64,000 nucleotides of DNA from Candidatus Marinamargulisbacteria bacterium SCGC AAA071-K20 (GCA_003265975.1 QFBU01000002.1:3661-67660); one strand, 5' to 3'. Counted from the first letter of the stretch, positions 1 through 9,709 are shown. Notes: generated by a model from the sequence alone, not told the origin. Made by a program: numbers and translations.

Positions 1-2014
1 TTAAAACTTATGGTTTCGAATGGCTGATCATAGAAATGGTAGTTTTTGAGAAATACGGAGGCTGTAATATCACTATTATTTGCCATTTTTGGAATAGAAA
101 TGGACTTTGGAAATGTAAGCTCACTATTAAATGAGATAAACCCTTTTAACGACTCAGACTCTTTTTCTGAGAGGTCAGTAAACAGCACTTGATTTGCAGA
201 GGCTGTAAGATGAATAGTGTTGTCGACTTCTTTACCAGAAAGGAAAATAGGTGTCGTACTATCGTTTATATTCGCAGTGGCAGTGAGATTAGAAATTATG
301 TCTTGCTTAATATCTACATTAATTTCTAAATTGTTGATGAGTTGCTTTTCAATTATTAAATTATTTGAACTAGAAGACAAATTGATGGCGACACTATCTC
401 CATATACTTCAATCTCTGTAGTTATAATTGATGTCCCTTTAATAGTGGCATCACTTAATTCTGGTACCTTTTTAAGGTGAATATTGTTAGTAAAATACTG
501 CCCTTTGAAATAAGCGTTTTTTCCCAGAGACAAAGTACCAGAACCGGTAGTTGGGGCGTTATAAACTTTGGCTTTTTTAACCGTGTAGTTTACTTTATCG
601 AATTTTCCATAATATCTTACTTTTGTGTCTTTGATTGGAATGCCCCAAACATCAATACTTTTAGATCGAAGCACGCCACTAAAACGAGGGTTATTTAATG
701 GACCTCTTAGGCGAAGAGTCCCCTTTGCATTTCCTTTAATATGTTTTTGCTCTTTAAACAAAAGGTCTAGAGGCGTGTTGGTTATTGTGAAGTTTAGGTC
801 TAAATCTTTTCTTAATATACTTAAGGTTCCTTTAAAGAAAAAATCTGAATATTTATACTCAGACTTTACATGATCAAAGTCAATATTGTGTGGGGGGGTT
901 TTGAGAAGCGAAGCTAGCCATCCCTTTTGAGACTTTTCTGGACGAGTTGTTACTTTCTTAGAAATGATATTAGATAGATATCCTTGCTTAGTAATTATGC
1001 CTCTTTGTTGAAGTTCTTTATAAATTTTTTCGGTCTGTTTTTTATTTCTTTTTGGGAGTCTTTTTTTTAATTCAGACTTAGTTAAGGTTGCATTGTAAAT
1101 ATGAATAACGCCTTTTGTATTAAATAATGGGTCATCTAAGAAAGGTGTTTTTAGTGTTGTATTGTTTGTTTTGATATAAACGTTGTACCAGAATGGTAGT
1201 TTTTCTTTGTCTAATTTATGTTTACTTCTTAAGTTTCCGTAAATTGAAAATGTATCGTTTAAAAAGGCAAAGCCCTCTAATGGAACTATATATTGTCCCC
1301 ACGAATTGCTATGAACTTTTAAGAAGGTGTAGTTGAGTAAATATAAATTTAATTTTGGATTGTAATTTCCATTTAGCTTAATGGGTGCCATTGTACTTGA
1401 AATTTGACCAATTAAATCAAATTCATAGCGGTTATTCTTTACTCTTGCTTCTCCGTTAAGTTGTTTAAATGTTTCATAAAAGGGTTCGTGTTTTAGTTGT
1501 TTGTTCCACCCTTTCTTGTCTGAGTAATAAATAGTGAGGTTTTGAATGTGAATTTTTCCATCAAAATAATCAAGTGGTGACTTTTTTTTGCCTTTTTTTA
1601 CCTGTTTTCCTAATTTATTTGTGTTAAATATTCCCTTTTTGTCTCTCTCTAAATAGAGCACTGGTGAATTTATTGTAATACCGTTAACACTATTTAAAAT
1701 CCCCCCTTTTCTACCTAAAAAATAAAGTATATTGTAGTTGATTCTAAGTGTTTTAATGGACAGTAAATAGTCATTTTCATAGGATTCAGGATTTTTGATG
1801 GTTACATCAATCAATTCAATGGATGAGAGTAAATTTCCTTGTATCTTTTTTATGGTTATCTGCGCAGGAAACGTTTTTTTGAGTTCATATTCTATAAGAC
1901 TTTTAATGAAATCTTGTGGGATATTACTTTGATAAAAAAGGGTGACGGCAATAATGAAGCAAAATAAAAAACCAATGATTAGGGTAACAAATTTTTGTAT
2001 AAATGAGTTTACCG
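1..2014 (-). CDS. TamB/AsmA-like envelope assembly protein, N-terminal part (gene continues past the left window edge)
   Basis: Absent from the ORF track because it is open at the window edge. My minus-strand translation from ATG 2014-2012 reads MIWTVNSFIQKFVTLIIGFLFCFIIAVTLFYQSN (one N-terminal membrane anchor). It stays stop-free for all ~671 codons to position 1. Repetitive beta-rich segments such as ITIKKIQGNLLSSIELIDVTIKNP and KGTLRLRGPLNNPRFSGVLRSKSIDVWGIPIKD resemble TamB/AsmA-family proteins. Track ORFs 217-873 (+) are antisense to it. Confidence 0.55.
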
Positions 2015-2023
2015 TCCAAATCA

Positions 2024-3220
2024 TTATTTAGCTGATTGAGAAAAAAAATGATCTAACAATTCCCAAGGATATTGAAAGTTGAGGGAGCCTTCTTTTGCGG
2101 CCTTTTCAGAATAAACATTAGTTGAGTCAGCGGTTATACTTGGGCTATATAAAATAAAAGGTACTGGATCTGATGTATGTGTTTTGATCCTACATGGGGT
2201 AGGGTGGTCAGGAAGAATTAGCACAACTGTATCAGGGTTCTTACTTACGTACTCTGTTACTGGGCTAATAATATTTTTGTCAAAGTCTTCGATGGCTTGT
2301 ACTTTTAGTTTCTCGTCTCCCATATGACCACACTCATCTGGCGCTTCTACGTGTATATATACAAAATCGTTATTTTCTAGAATTTTAAGAGAAGCATTCA
2401 TTTTTGATTGATAATTTGTGTCTATAAATCCAGTGGCGCCTTCTACATTTGGCGATTCGAGACCTGTTAGGCAGGCTAATCCTTTTAAGAGGTCTACGGC
2501 AGTTACTATTCCACCCGTTTTATTGTATTTATGTTTAAATGAAGGGAGTTTTGGCATTAGCCCCTGACTCCAAGGCCAGATTGAATTAGCTTGAGGTAAG
2601 TTGCTTTCTTTTCTTTTTTTGTTGACTATACTGTTAGAGAGTACCTCGTTTGCTTCATTTATAAAGGTAAGTAATTCTTTCTCTAGATCTCCTTTTGGCA
2701 GATAGGCTTCAATGTTTTTGTCGAGAATATCATGAGGCGCAGTTGTTGTAAGCGGGTCGAACTTTTTATTTAAAAAAACTATATTTCTATAACCAACCCC
2801 TGAAAAGAATTTTATATCTGGGTCTTGAAAGTGATTGTTTAGTTCTTCCATTAACTGTTTTGACTCGTCATCAGTGATATGACCAGCGGTAAACTCTTTC
2901 ATAACATTGTTTTCAATGGTGACTAAATTACATCTAAAAATTACTTGAGAGTCGCTTGTTGAAATCCCCATACTTGCAGCCTCGATCGGACCACGGCCTG
3001 TATAAAATTCTCTGGGATCGTACCCTAATATACCCATGTTGGCTACGTCTGAACCAGGGTGGCAGCCCTCAGGAACTGTATGTACTAGCCCTGTTTGTCC
3101 AAGTGTTGCTAGTTTGTCTATTGATGGAGTATTAGCAAATTCGATGACTGTTTTTCCATCAAGGCTTTCCATTGGCTCATCCGACATTCCATCTCCTAAA
3201 CAAATTATATATTTAGTCAT
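2024..3220 (-). CDS. Cofactor-independent phosphoglycerate mutase (ApgM / metalloenzyme superfamily) homolog; here a candidate non-orthologous homoserine kinase
   Basis: 398-aa ORF. MTKYIICLGDGMSDEP at the N-terminus, and VYIHVEAPDECGHMGD plus LILPDHPTP near the C-terminus, are the metal-binding motifs of archaeal-type iPGM. It starts 10 nt downstream of the thrC stop, and the TamB-like gene starts 9 nt after its own stop. Confidence 0.8.
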   Translation of the reverse strand: MTKYIICLGDGMSDEPMESLDGKTVIEFANTPSIDKLATLGQTGLVHTVPEGCHPGSDVANMGILGYDPREFYTGRGPIEAASMGISTSDSQVIFRCNLVTIENNVMKEFTAGHITDDESKQLMEELNNHFQDPDIKFFSGVGYRNIVFLNKKFDPLTTTAPHDILDKNIEAYLPKGDLEKELLTFINEANEVLSNSIVNKKRKESNLPQANSIWPWSQGLMPKLPSFKHKYNKTGGIVTAVDLLKGLACLTGLESPNVEGATGFIDTNYQSKMNASLKILENNDFVYIHVEAPDECGHMGDEKLKVQAIEDFDKNIISPVTEYVSKNPDTVVLILPDHPTPCRIKTHTSDPVPFILYSPSITADSTNVYSEKAAKEGSLNFQYPWELLDHFFSQSAK

Positions 3221-3230
3221 TTATTTTTCC

Positions 3231-4289
3231 TTATAAAAAATCTTTTAATTGCTTAAGAATAGACTCTTTAGTTGAATCAACTAATGTTGGTGTAGTAGAA
3301 ATTTCTATTGCTCTATTTGGATCTTTAAGACCGTGACCCGTTAAAATTGAAATAACTTTTTCGCCATTTACTATTGGGTTTTCACGATGATATTTAATAA
3401 CACCGGCGACAGAAGCAGCACTTGCAGGTTCACAAAAAACTCCATCAAAACGTGCTAATAACTTTTGAGCCTCTGTAATTTCATCATCAGAAATTTTATC
3501 AATAATTCCTTTTGATTCATCTCTGGCGGCTTCAGCTTGTTTCCAACTTGCTGGGTTTCCAATTCTTATAGCTGTGGCAATAGTGTCAGGCTCTTTAATA
3601 GGGTGTCCATCAACAATTGGAGCGGATCCTGCTGCTTGATAGCCCATCATTTTAGGAAGACGACTCGACTTACATAAGTCTTTAAACTCTTTGTAGCCTT
3701 TCCAGTAGGCTGTAATGTTCCCGGCATTTCCAACTGGAATAAAATGGTAGTCAGGGGCGTCACCAAGATCTTCTATGATTTCAAATGCGCCAGTTTTTTG
3801 GCCTTCAATTCGATAGGGGTTTACTGAGTTTACAAGCGTTATTGGGTGAGATTCTGTAATGTCTCTTACAAGTGTGAGCGCGTCATCAAAGTTGCCTTTG
3901 ATTTGTAAAACGATAGCGCCATGCATCATGGCTTGAGACAGTTTTCCTAAGGCGATCTTTCCTTCTGGAATTAATACTACACATTTCATATTCGCCTTTG
4001 CTGCATAGGCGGCGGCGGCGGCGGACGTGTTTCCGGTAGACGCGCACATTACGATTTTAGCGCCATCTTCTTTTGCTTTGGAAATCGCCATAGTCATTCC
4101 ACGGTCTTTAAATGACCCTGTTGGATTTAATCCTTCAAACTTTACATACCATTCGGCCTTTATTCCTAAATGTTCTGCCAAATTAGTAAGCGGAATTAGA
4201 GGCGTATTTCCTTCTTTTAGGGTAATAATGGGAGTGTCTTTGGTAACTGGTAAATAGTCTTTATATCGGTGAATTATGCCTTGGTACAT
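3231..4289 (-). CDS. thrC: Threonine synthase
   Basis: The track ORF starts at TTG 4301. ATG 4289 preceded by GGAG (TTTGGAGCTCATAATG) gives [34 protein letters not shown], the classic short-form ThrC N-terminus. The PLP-lysine motif GSFKDRGMT is present. Confidence 0.92.
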   Translation of the reverse strand: MYQGIIHRYKDYLPVTKDTPIITLKEGNTPLIPLTNLAEHLGIKAEWYVKFEGLNPTGSFKDRGMTMAISKAKEDGAKIVMCASTGNTSAAAAAYAAKANMKCVVLIPEGKIALGKLSQAMMHGAIVLQIKGNFDDALTLVRDITESHPITLVNSVNPYRIEGQKTGAFEIIEDLGDAPDYHFIPVGNAGNITAYWKGYKEFKDLCKSSRLPKMMGYQAAGSAPIVDGHPIKEPDTIATAIRIGNPASWKQAEAARDESKGIIDKISDDEITEAQKLLARFDGVFCEPASAASVAGVIKYHRENPIVNGEKVISILTGHGLKDPNRAIEISTTPTLVDSTKESILKQLKDFL

Positions 4290-4357
4290 TATGAGCTCCA
4301 AACTAGTATTTATTTAGCCTATTATTCTACCTCAAATGGAGCGTAAATTGAAGCTGA

Positions 4358-4404
4358 AAAGGTGCCTGAATTCTAAATCTAAGACCCAGACTTCAGGCAC
4401 CTTT
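4358..4404 (-). terminator. Hairpin 5 nt downstream of the 183-aa gene stop; putative intrinsic terminator
   Basis: 13-bp perfect inverted repeat AAAGGTGCCTGAA (4358-4370) / TTCAGGCACCTTT (4392-4404) with a 21-nt loop. On the minus strand the 3' arm ends in CCTTTT. The loop is long and the U-tract short, so the call is only moderate. Confidence 0.45.
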
Positions 4405-4409
4405 GTCCT

Positions 4410-4961
4410 CTATAGTTTAATTCCCAATGTCAATGTTCCCAGTGGCTCTACTGTACCTAGCTCGTTTTGAGCTAATAATCGACCGATACCTGCCCCCATT
4501 TCGTAAAACATATATTCATTAATATCTTTTTGAGTGCCTATCCAAATTTCAATTGAAGGAATTGTTTTATCTTCTATTTGATTGACCCCGGCCAGCATAG
4601 ACAAATAAAGTTTTCCTAAGAAAGGAGATCTTAGTGACTCTAAAAAAGATGATGTCGGTAAGTAGGTTCTCAGTCCTGCAGTCACCCTGAAGTCTGGATA
4701 CTTAAATGGGTTTTCGTCTTCAGCGCTTTTGTCTGTTAAATAATGAATACTTGCTACTGCCGATATCTTAGGTCTAATCGACCTTTCTGCTTTGATATTT
4801 AAATCACCCACGGCCATTAAATTACTGATACTTGATGATATTTTTAGTTTCCTTGAATTAAAGTCCTTTTCTAGCGTTTGATTTTCATTGGCTAATGTCA
4901 TCCCATTAAGAGATAGGGCTGATAAGATTATTACAATAAGACTGTTTTTTAATAGATTCAT
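4410..4961 (-). CDS. Small secreted/envelope protein of unknown function
   Basis: The track ORF starts at TTG 4976. ATG 4961 has GGAGG 8 nt upstream. MNLLKNSLIVIILSALSLNGMTLA-NENQ looks like a Sec signal peptide. I recognise no motif in the remaining ~160 aa. Confidence 0.6.
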   Translation of the reverse strand: MNLLKNSLIVIILSALSLNGMTLANENQTLEKDFNSRKLKISSSISNLMAVGDLNIKAERSIRPKISAVASIHYLTDKSAEDENPFKYPDFRVTAGLRTYLPTSSFLESLRSPFLGKLYLSMLAGVNQIEDKTIPSIEIWIGTQKDINEYMFYEMGAGIGRLLAQNELGTVEPLGTLTLGIKL

Positions 4962-5025
4962 TTTTGTTTCCTCCAAATAATGTACTGAAAATTAATAAGT
5001 TTCTTCCTTTCTTGCTTAGGAGAAA

Positions 5026-5041
5026 TGCAAAAAATATGCCA
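5026..5041 (-). promoter_or_regulatory. Sigma-54 (-24/-12) promoter for the 183-aa secreted-protein gene
   Basis: The minus strand read 5041->5026 is TGGCATATTTTTTGCA, against the consensus TGGCACG-N4-TTGCW. TGGCA and TTGCA are both present, and GG to GC has the canonical spacing. It lies 65 nt upstream of ATG 4961 and just downstream of a sigma-54 enhancer-binding-protein gene. Confidence 0.6.
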
Positions 5042-5091
5042 ATGTCTTTTAGGCATGAAAACTATTTAATTCTGTTTTATGGAATTCAAAA

Positions 5092-5122
5092 TATGTATAT
5101 CTGTATACAAAAAATGTATATG
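5092..5122 (-). promoter_or_regulatory. Cluster of three TGTATA repeats; candidate upstream activator sequence for the adjacent bEBP
   Basis: aTGTATAtcTGTATAcaaaaaaTGTATAtg has copies at 5094-5099, 5102-5107 and 5115-5120. The middle copy sits inside the palindrome GTATAC. The cluster is 54-80 nt upstream of the -24 GG, a typical enhancer distance. The AT-rich background limits its significance. Confidence 0.3.
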
Positions 5123-6553
5123 TTATCTCAGGAGGTTTTTGGCTGTTCTCCAGTCAATATTTAGCTCTTTTGCCACGAGTTGATATGATTTGTATTTTTC
5201 ATATAGTTTTTTTGCATGAGTAGATAGTAGGCTTTTTGCGTCTTTTTGTTCGATATCTGGAGGATTTGATTCGGCCCTAGAAAGCGAGACGGATTGAGTC
5301 ATAATAATTTGTTTAATGCACTGTTCTAACTCTCTTACGTTTCCACACCAAGAATAATGTTTTGGGATTTGATCTTTTAGGATATTGATCACAAAGCTTG
5401 CAAGTTCTGGGATTGGTTTTTTAAATATCTTGGTAATAATATTTTCACTTAGCAGTGCAAGTTCTTTATTGTTTTGTGAAATCCTCTTTGCAAGAGTAGG
5501 TAGGGTTATAGTATCTGAGCTAATTCTATAAAAAAGATCTTCTCTAAATAAGTTATTCTTAATTTGAGTCTCTAAGTCTTGATTTGTTGCTGTTAAAACA
5601 CGTCCTTTTAATTCTTTTGTTTCTTTACTTCCAACAGGGCAGTATTTTCGATCTTGTAATACATTTAAAAGCTTAACTTGTACTTCAAGGGTCAGGTCTC
5701 CGATTTCATCTAAGAATAAAGTTGAGTGTTCATTGAGTTGGCTAAAGAGTCCCTCATAGTTGTCGATAGAATCTGTAAATGACCCTTTTTTATGCCCAAA
5801 TAATTCAGATTCAATAAGACTTTCAGGATATTGCGACAGATTAGTTTGCAAAAATAAATTTGAAAAACAATATTTAAATTTATTTGTTTTTAAGTCAAAA
5901 GGGATATAACTGGAGTAGCCTAAGGCTTTTGCGGCTGTTCCTTTTCCGGTCCCAGTATCCCCTAAAAATAATAATGAAAAAGTGCTGAGATTAGAATGGC
6001 AATAATCATCGTAGAATTTAATATTCCAAGTAAAAAGAGCATTCCATAATTGAAACCTTAGCGTGTTTATACTTTCGCACTGTCCAAAAAGAGTATCCTC
6101 AATAAAATAGTAAGCTCTTCTAATTTGATAAAAGAGTGCGAAGTAATGTGTGCTTTCTTTGCTTGAGAATCCAAAATTGTTTAGCAGTCTTAAAATAGAC
6201 TTGGATGCTTCAAAGGGGATGGTTTTTTTTGAGGCTAGTTCTTTTTCTATATGCTGGTCAAGTGTAGTTATATGTTGAAGATAGACATAAAATAAAGAAC
6301 AGTTTTTTATGATTTCTTTGTCATTGTTTTTAAAATTACTATATTTAGTAGGGCCGTTTCTATAATAAGTGGTGAGGGCTTTTAGGCAAAATCTATTTAA
6401 TTGTATACGTTTTTCTAAACTATCATTTTTTGAGGCATCTTTTAAAAGTGTTGTTTCAAGTTGCTTTCTTTTTTCGCCGAAAGGGTTCAAATTGCTGATC
6501 TCAGAAATTATTGAAAGCGTAGCTTTTTCGGAGTTACTTAGTGTTTGCTTCAT
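5123..6553 (-). CDS. Sigma-54-dependent transcriptional activator (AAA+ bEBP) with an unrecognised ~190-aa N-terminal domain
   Basis: Walker A GDTGTGKGTAAKALG; L1 loop ESELFGHKKGSFTDS (a GAFTGA variant); Walker B LFLDEIGDL; R-finger region REDLFYRI; GNVRELEQCI; C-terminal HTH SYQLVAKELNIDWRTAKNLL. Confidence 0.85.
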   Translation of the reverse strand: MKQTLSNSEKATLSIISEISNLNPFGEKRKQLETTLLKDASKNDSLEKRIQLNRFCLKALTTYYRNGPTKYSNFKNNDKEIIKNCSLFYVYLQHITTLDQHIEKELASKKTIPFEASKSILRLLNNFGFSSKESTHYFALFYQIRRAYYFIEDTLFGQCESINTLRFQLWNALFTWNIKFYDDYCHSNLSTFSLLFLGDTGTGKGTAAKALGYSSYIPFDLKTNKFKYCFSNLFLQTNLSQYPESLIESELFGHKKGSFTDSIDNYEGLFSQLNEHSTLFLDEIGDLTLEVQVKLLNVLQDRKYCPVGSKETKELKGRVLTATNQDLETQIKNNLFREDLFYRISSDTITLPTLAKRISQNNKELALLSENIITKIFKKPIPELASFVINILKDQIPKHYSWCGNVRELEQCIKQIIMTQSVSLSRAESNPPDIEQKDAKSLLSTHAKKLYEKYKSYQLVAKELNIDWRTAKNLLR

Positions 6554-6567
6554 TCAATTTGCATTGT

Positions 6568-7059
6568 TTATTCGGTTTCTTTGAATAAAATAGGATCTCT
6601 GGTTGGGATAATATGTTGGGTCAATGTAGAAATAACAGGCGTTAATGGGCTAAGTACTTTCGAATATTCAATAAAAGTAGGTTTGAACATAAACATGGGA
6701 ATAATTATGGGTATTAAAAAACAAATTCCTTTTCCAACGCCAAGTATAAGCCCGCCAAGTCGGTTAATTATGCTTAATCCAGAGAACTCTATTAACTTAT
6801 CTAAAACAATACCAATAACTCTAATAATAAGAAAAATACCTAGCCAAATAAGGATAAAGCTAAATATAACGCTTGGGGTTTCAGAAAACTGTAGGTGAGT
6901 TTTAAAAAGTTGAGTGAGTTCTGGATATGTAAGCATGCTTATTCTAAAACTAATAAGAATAGCAAGAACCTGTAAAAATATTTTTACGAATCCATTTCTG
7001 AATCCGCTAAGTGCTTGGTAACCAAGAAACCCAATAATAAAAAAATCTATCGGTGTCAT
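6568..7059 (-). CDS. cvpA: CvpA-family membrane protein
   Basis: 163 aa with four hydrophobic helices. The N-terminus MTPIDFFIIGFLGYQALSGFRNGFVKIFLQVLAILISF matches the CvpA pattern. It sits next to purE, a common cvpA-pur context. Confidence 0.7.
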   Translation of the reverse strand: MTPIDFFIIGFLGYQALSGFRNGFVKIFLQVLAILISFRISMLTYPELTQLFKTHLQFSETPSVIFSFILIWLGIFLIIRVIGIVLDKLIEFSGLSIINRLGGLILGVGKGICFLIPIIIPMFMFKPTFIEYSKVLSPLTPVISTLTQHIIPTRDPILFKETE

Positions 7060-7071
7060 GGTTGAGGTTCT

Positions 7072-7518
7072 TTATCGCTCTTGTTGATCTCTTCTAAATT
7101 TTAAAAATGACGATTGAACTTGGTCATTATACCTGGCAATAATTTGTACAGCTAGTATTCCAGCATTTCTTGATCCATTAATAGCTACGGTAGCTACAGG
7201 GATTCCTGGGGGCATTTGAACGATAGCTAATAGTGCGTCTAAGCCGTCCATCGACGCTTTAATTGGGACTCCAATGACTGGTATAGATACTAATGATGCG
7301 ATTACTCCAGGTAAATGAGCGGCCATACCTGCTCCTGCAATCACAATATCACATTCCTCTTCAAATCTTTTGGCAAGGTCTTGGACACGTTTTGGATTTC
7401 TATGAGCAGAGGCAACATGTGTCTCTACCTTAATATTATGTTCTTTTAAAACATCTTCAGCTTTGGTCATAATGTCCATATCAGACTTTGACCCCATAAT
7501 AATGGCTACTCTAGGCAT
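7072..7518 (-). CDS. purE: N5-carboxyaminoimidazole ribonucleotide mutase
   Basis: VAIIMGSKSDMDIM and AGAGMAAHLPGVIAS are the PurE signature motifs; the 148-aa size fits. Confidence 0.9.
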   Translation of the reverse strand: MPRVAIIMGSKSDMDIMTKAEDVLKEHNIKVETHVASAHRNPKRVQDLAKRFEEECDIVIAGAGMAAHLPGVIASLVSIPVIGVPIKASMDGLDALLAIVQMPPGIPVATVAINGSRNAGILAVQIIARYNDQVQSSFLKFRRDQQER

Positions 7519-8689
7519 GGGTATCCCCTTTTTTTATAGATTTATAAAATTTCTCAATTCTAATTAATGCTTCTTCAATATTAGCGTTACTTGAAGCAAA
7601 ACAACATCTTACATAACCTTCACCGGCTTGTCCAAACCCGTTTCCTGGTATTACCGCACATTTTTCTTGCTGTAGTAGTTTAACTGAAAACTCTTCAGAG
7701 GTTAAACCCGTGCCTTTTATTGAAGGAAAACAGTAAAATGCTCCTTCTGGCTTTATAACTTCTATTCCAATAGACCTTAATCCGCCAATTAGCAAATTTC
7801 TTCTTTCTTCATAAGCAAGTCTCATTCGTTCAACATCTCCCAGTCCATTTTGAAGGGCTTCTATAGCTGCGTATTGTGACATAATAGGTGCGCAGAGAGC
7901 AGAATACTGATGAATTTTTAAAGCCCTTTCAATAAATTCTTTTGGACCGCAAATATAACCTAGACGCCATCCGGTCATAGCAAAGGCTTTTGAAAAACCG
8001 CTTAATACAAGCGTTCTTTCTTTCATACCTTCAAAAGATGCAATGGTATCGTACTGATAATTATCAAATATAATTTCTGCATATATTTCGTCAGTGATTA
8101 CCCAAAAGTCATGCTTTTTAGCTAGCTGAGCAATTTCTTTTAATGTGTTTGTGGGTATTACCGTTCCAGTTGGATTGTTTGGAGTACATAATACAATGGC
8201 CTTTGTATTGGGTGTGGTTTTTTCTTTGATAATGTCTGCGGTAGGTATAAAGTTTGTCTTTGTAGTGTCTACAGAAACTACTTTTCCACCTGCCAATGTA
8301 ATAAGTGGTGGATAACATACATAACCAGGTTCAGGAAAAATAACTTCATCTCCTGGATTTAAAATAGCACGTAGAGTTAAGTCAGCACCTTCAGAAACGC
8401 CCATTGTAATAAATACTTCATCTTTAGGGTCGTACGAACACTTTAGTTTTTTTTGCATGTACTTAGCAATTTCCTCTCTAAGCTCTATCATTCCAGTGTT
8501 TGAAGTATAAGAGGTTCTTCCCTCATCTAGAGTTTTCTTAACACGGTTAATAATGCTTTTAGGGGTCGAAAAATCAGGCTCTCCAATTCCTAAAGATACA
8601 ATGTCTTTTGAATCAAGAATCATGTCAAAAAATCGTCGAATACCTGACGGAGCAAGTTGGTCTAATGTGTTAGAAAATGGTGTTTTCAT
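7511..8689 (-). CDS. Class I/II PLP-dependent aminotransferase (AspC-like)
   Basis: APSGIRRFFD near the N-terminus, TPNNPTG, DEIYAE, and the PLP-lysine motif SGFSKAFAMTGWRLGY. It overlaps purE by 8 nt. Confidence 0.85.
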   Translation of the reverse strand: MKTPFSNTLDQLAPSGIRRFFDMILDSKDIVSLGIGEPDFSTPKSIINRVKKTLDEGRTSYTSNTGMIELREEIAKYMQKKLKCSYDPKDEVFITMGVSEGADLTLRAILNPGDEVIFPEPGYVCYPPLITLAGGKVVSVDTTKTNFIPTADIIKEKTTPNTKAIVLCTPNNPTGTVIPTNTLKEIAQLAKKHDFWVITDEIYAEIIFDNYQYDTIASFEGMKERTLVLSGFSKAFAMTGWRLGYICGPKEFIERALKIHQYSALCAPIMSQYAAIEALQNGLGDVERMRLAYEERRNLLIGGLRSIGIEVIKPEGAFYCFPSIKGTGLTSEEFSVKLLQQEKCAVIPGNGFGQAGEGYVRCCFASSNANIEEALIRIEKFYKSIKKGDTHA

Positions 8690-8704
8690 AGTGTTTATTA
8701 CCTT

Positions 8705-9709
8705 CTAAATAATGGCTGCAGCTAACATAGGTTGGCCAAAACAAAAAGAAGCTTTTGAGTTATCTTCAACTAAATGAATGGGTGTATTTGGATACACTTT
8801 TCTAAGCTCGTTAGCAATTTCTTTTGCTTCTGTATAAAAGAACGAGTAGGTAATCATACATTCGCTAATGTACTTTCCTCTCGATTCTATTTCCTCAAGA
8901 AGTGTTTCTTTTACTTCTTGAACCGCTTCAGTGGAAGACAATTTAATACTTTGAAAAGACAAACTGTTTTCTGAAGATATGTTGAAAATTGGAATAATTT
9001 GAGAAGTAGATTCCTTAATTAGATTTTCAATGAGGTGCATTTCTTTTTTTGGGGTTATCATAAAGTCTAGGGACTTAAATAAGCCAATTTGGTAAGTTAG
9101 TTTTTTAAGTTTATTTATAAGTAAATCAGAGTTTGTGATATTTGGATTGTTTTCGATAGATGTTTGTATTTGAGATATAAATAATCCTAAAGAACTTCCT
9201 ACCGAGTTACTATTAATAATTTCGATTGTGTTGTTGTGCCTTAGAGTTGAGATGGCCTCTTTAGCAATGGTAGTAATATTTGAATAGGCAGGGCCTGTAT
9301 GTATGGAATAAATTTTTTGATACCCTTTATCAAGATACATTTTATACTGTGAAATGAGTTCTTTTTTAATTTCAGAATCTAACTGAAAAATTGAAATAAC
9401 TTGATTCTTTTTGAGTTTATTTTCAGGTAGAATTGCACCAGAATCAGTTATAATTGCAATTAACGTATCCTCTTTTTTTTCAAATAACTTTTCTTTAATT
9501 ACTTCTAATGGGAGATAGTCTTCTTTTTGTAATTGTCTAATTTGTTTAATGATTTTAATGTCTTCATCGTCAAAAAGACGTACGCCACCACTACTACGTT
9601 TCATGTGTGGGAGAAGACCCAATTGATCATAGTATCTAATTGTCCGGTGAGTAACACCAAGTGTTTTAGCTAAGTGCCCAATTTTATAGAGCTTCTTTTC
9701 AGTAGTCAT
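8705..9709 (-). CDS. MerR-type HTH fused to a divergent DegV-like (fatty-acid-binding) domain
   Basis: The N-terminus YKIGHLAKTLGVTHRTIRYYDQLGLLPH...GGVRLFDDEDI is a canonical MerR HTH. From about aa 83, IAIITDSGAILP, IYSIHTGPAYSNI, IEIINSNSVGSSLGLFI and the C-terminal GQPMLAAAII follow the order of DegV family motifs (IAIVTDS, IHLSSGLSGTY, VIDSKS..GLG). Confidence 0.6.
   Translation of the reverse strand: MTTEKKLYKIGHLAKTLGVTHRTIRYYDQLGLLPHMKRSSGGVRLFDDEDIKIIKQIRQLQKEDYLPLEVIKEKLFEKKEDTLIAIITDSGAILPENKLKKNQVISIFQLDSEIKKELISQYKMYLDKGYQKIYSIHTGPAYSNITTIAKEAISTLRHNNTIEIINSNSVGSSLGLFISQIQTSIENNPNITNSDLLINKLKKLTYQIGLFKSLDFMITPKKEMHLIENLIKESTSQIIPIFNISSENSLSFQSIKLSSTEAVQEVKETLLEEIESRGKYISECMITYSFFYTEAKEIANELRKVYPNTPIHLVEDNSKASFCFGQPMLAAAII

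Noticed and set aside
217-873. Three short + strand track ORFs (87, 73 and 82 aa)
   Set aside because: They are antisense to a stop-free ~671-codon minus-strand reading frame (the TamB-like gene). They have low-complexity, hydrophobic translations and no SD.
4352-4366. Sigma-54-like sequence AGGCACCTTTTCAGCT upstream of thrC (minus strand), with correct GG-N10-GC spacing
   Set aside because: It is simply one arm of the 13-bp terminator hairpin. It lacks the TT of the -12 TTGC box, and sigma-54 control of a threonine operon seems unlikely. It is worth re-scoring with a PWM but is not called.
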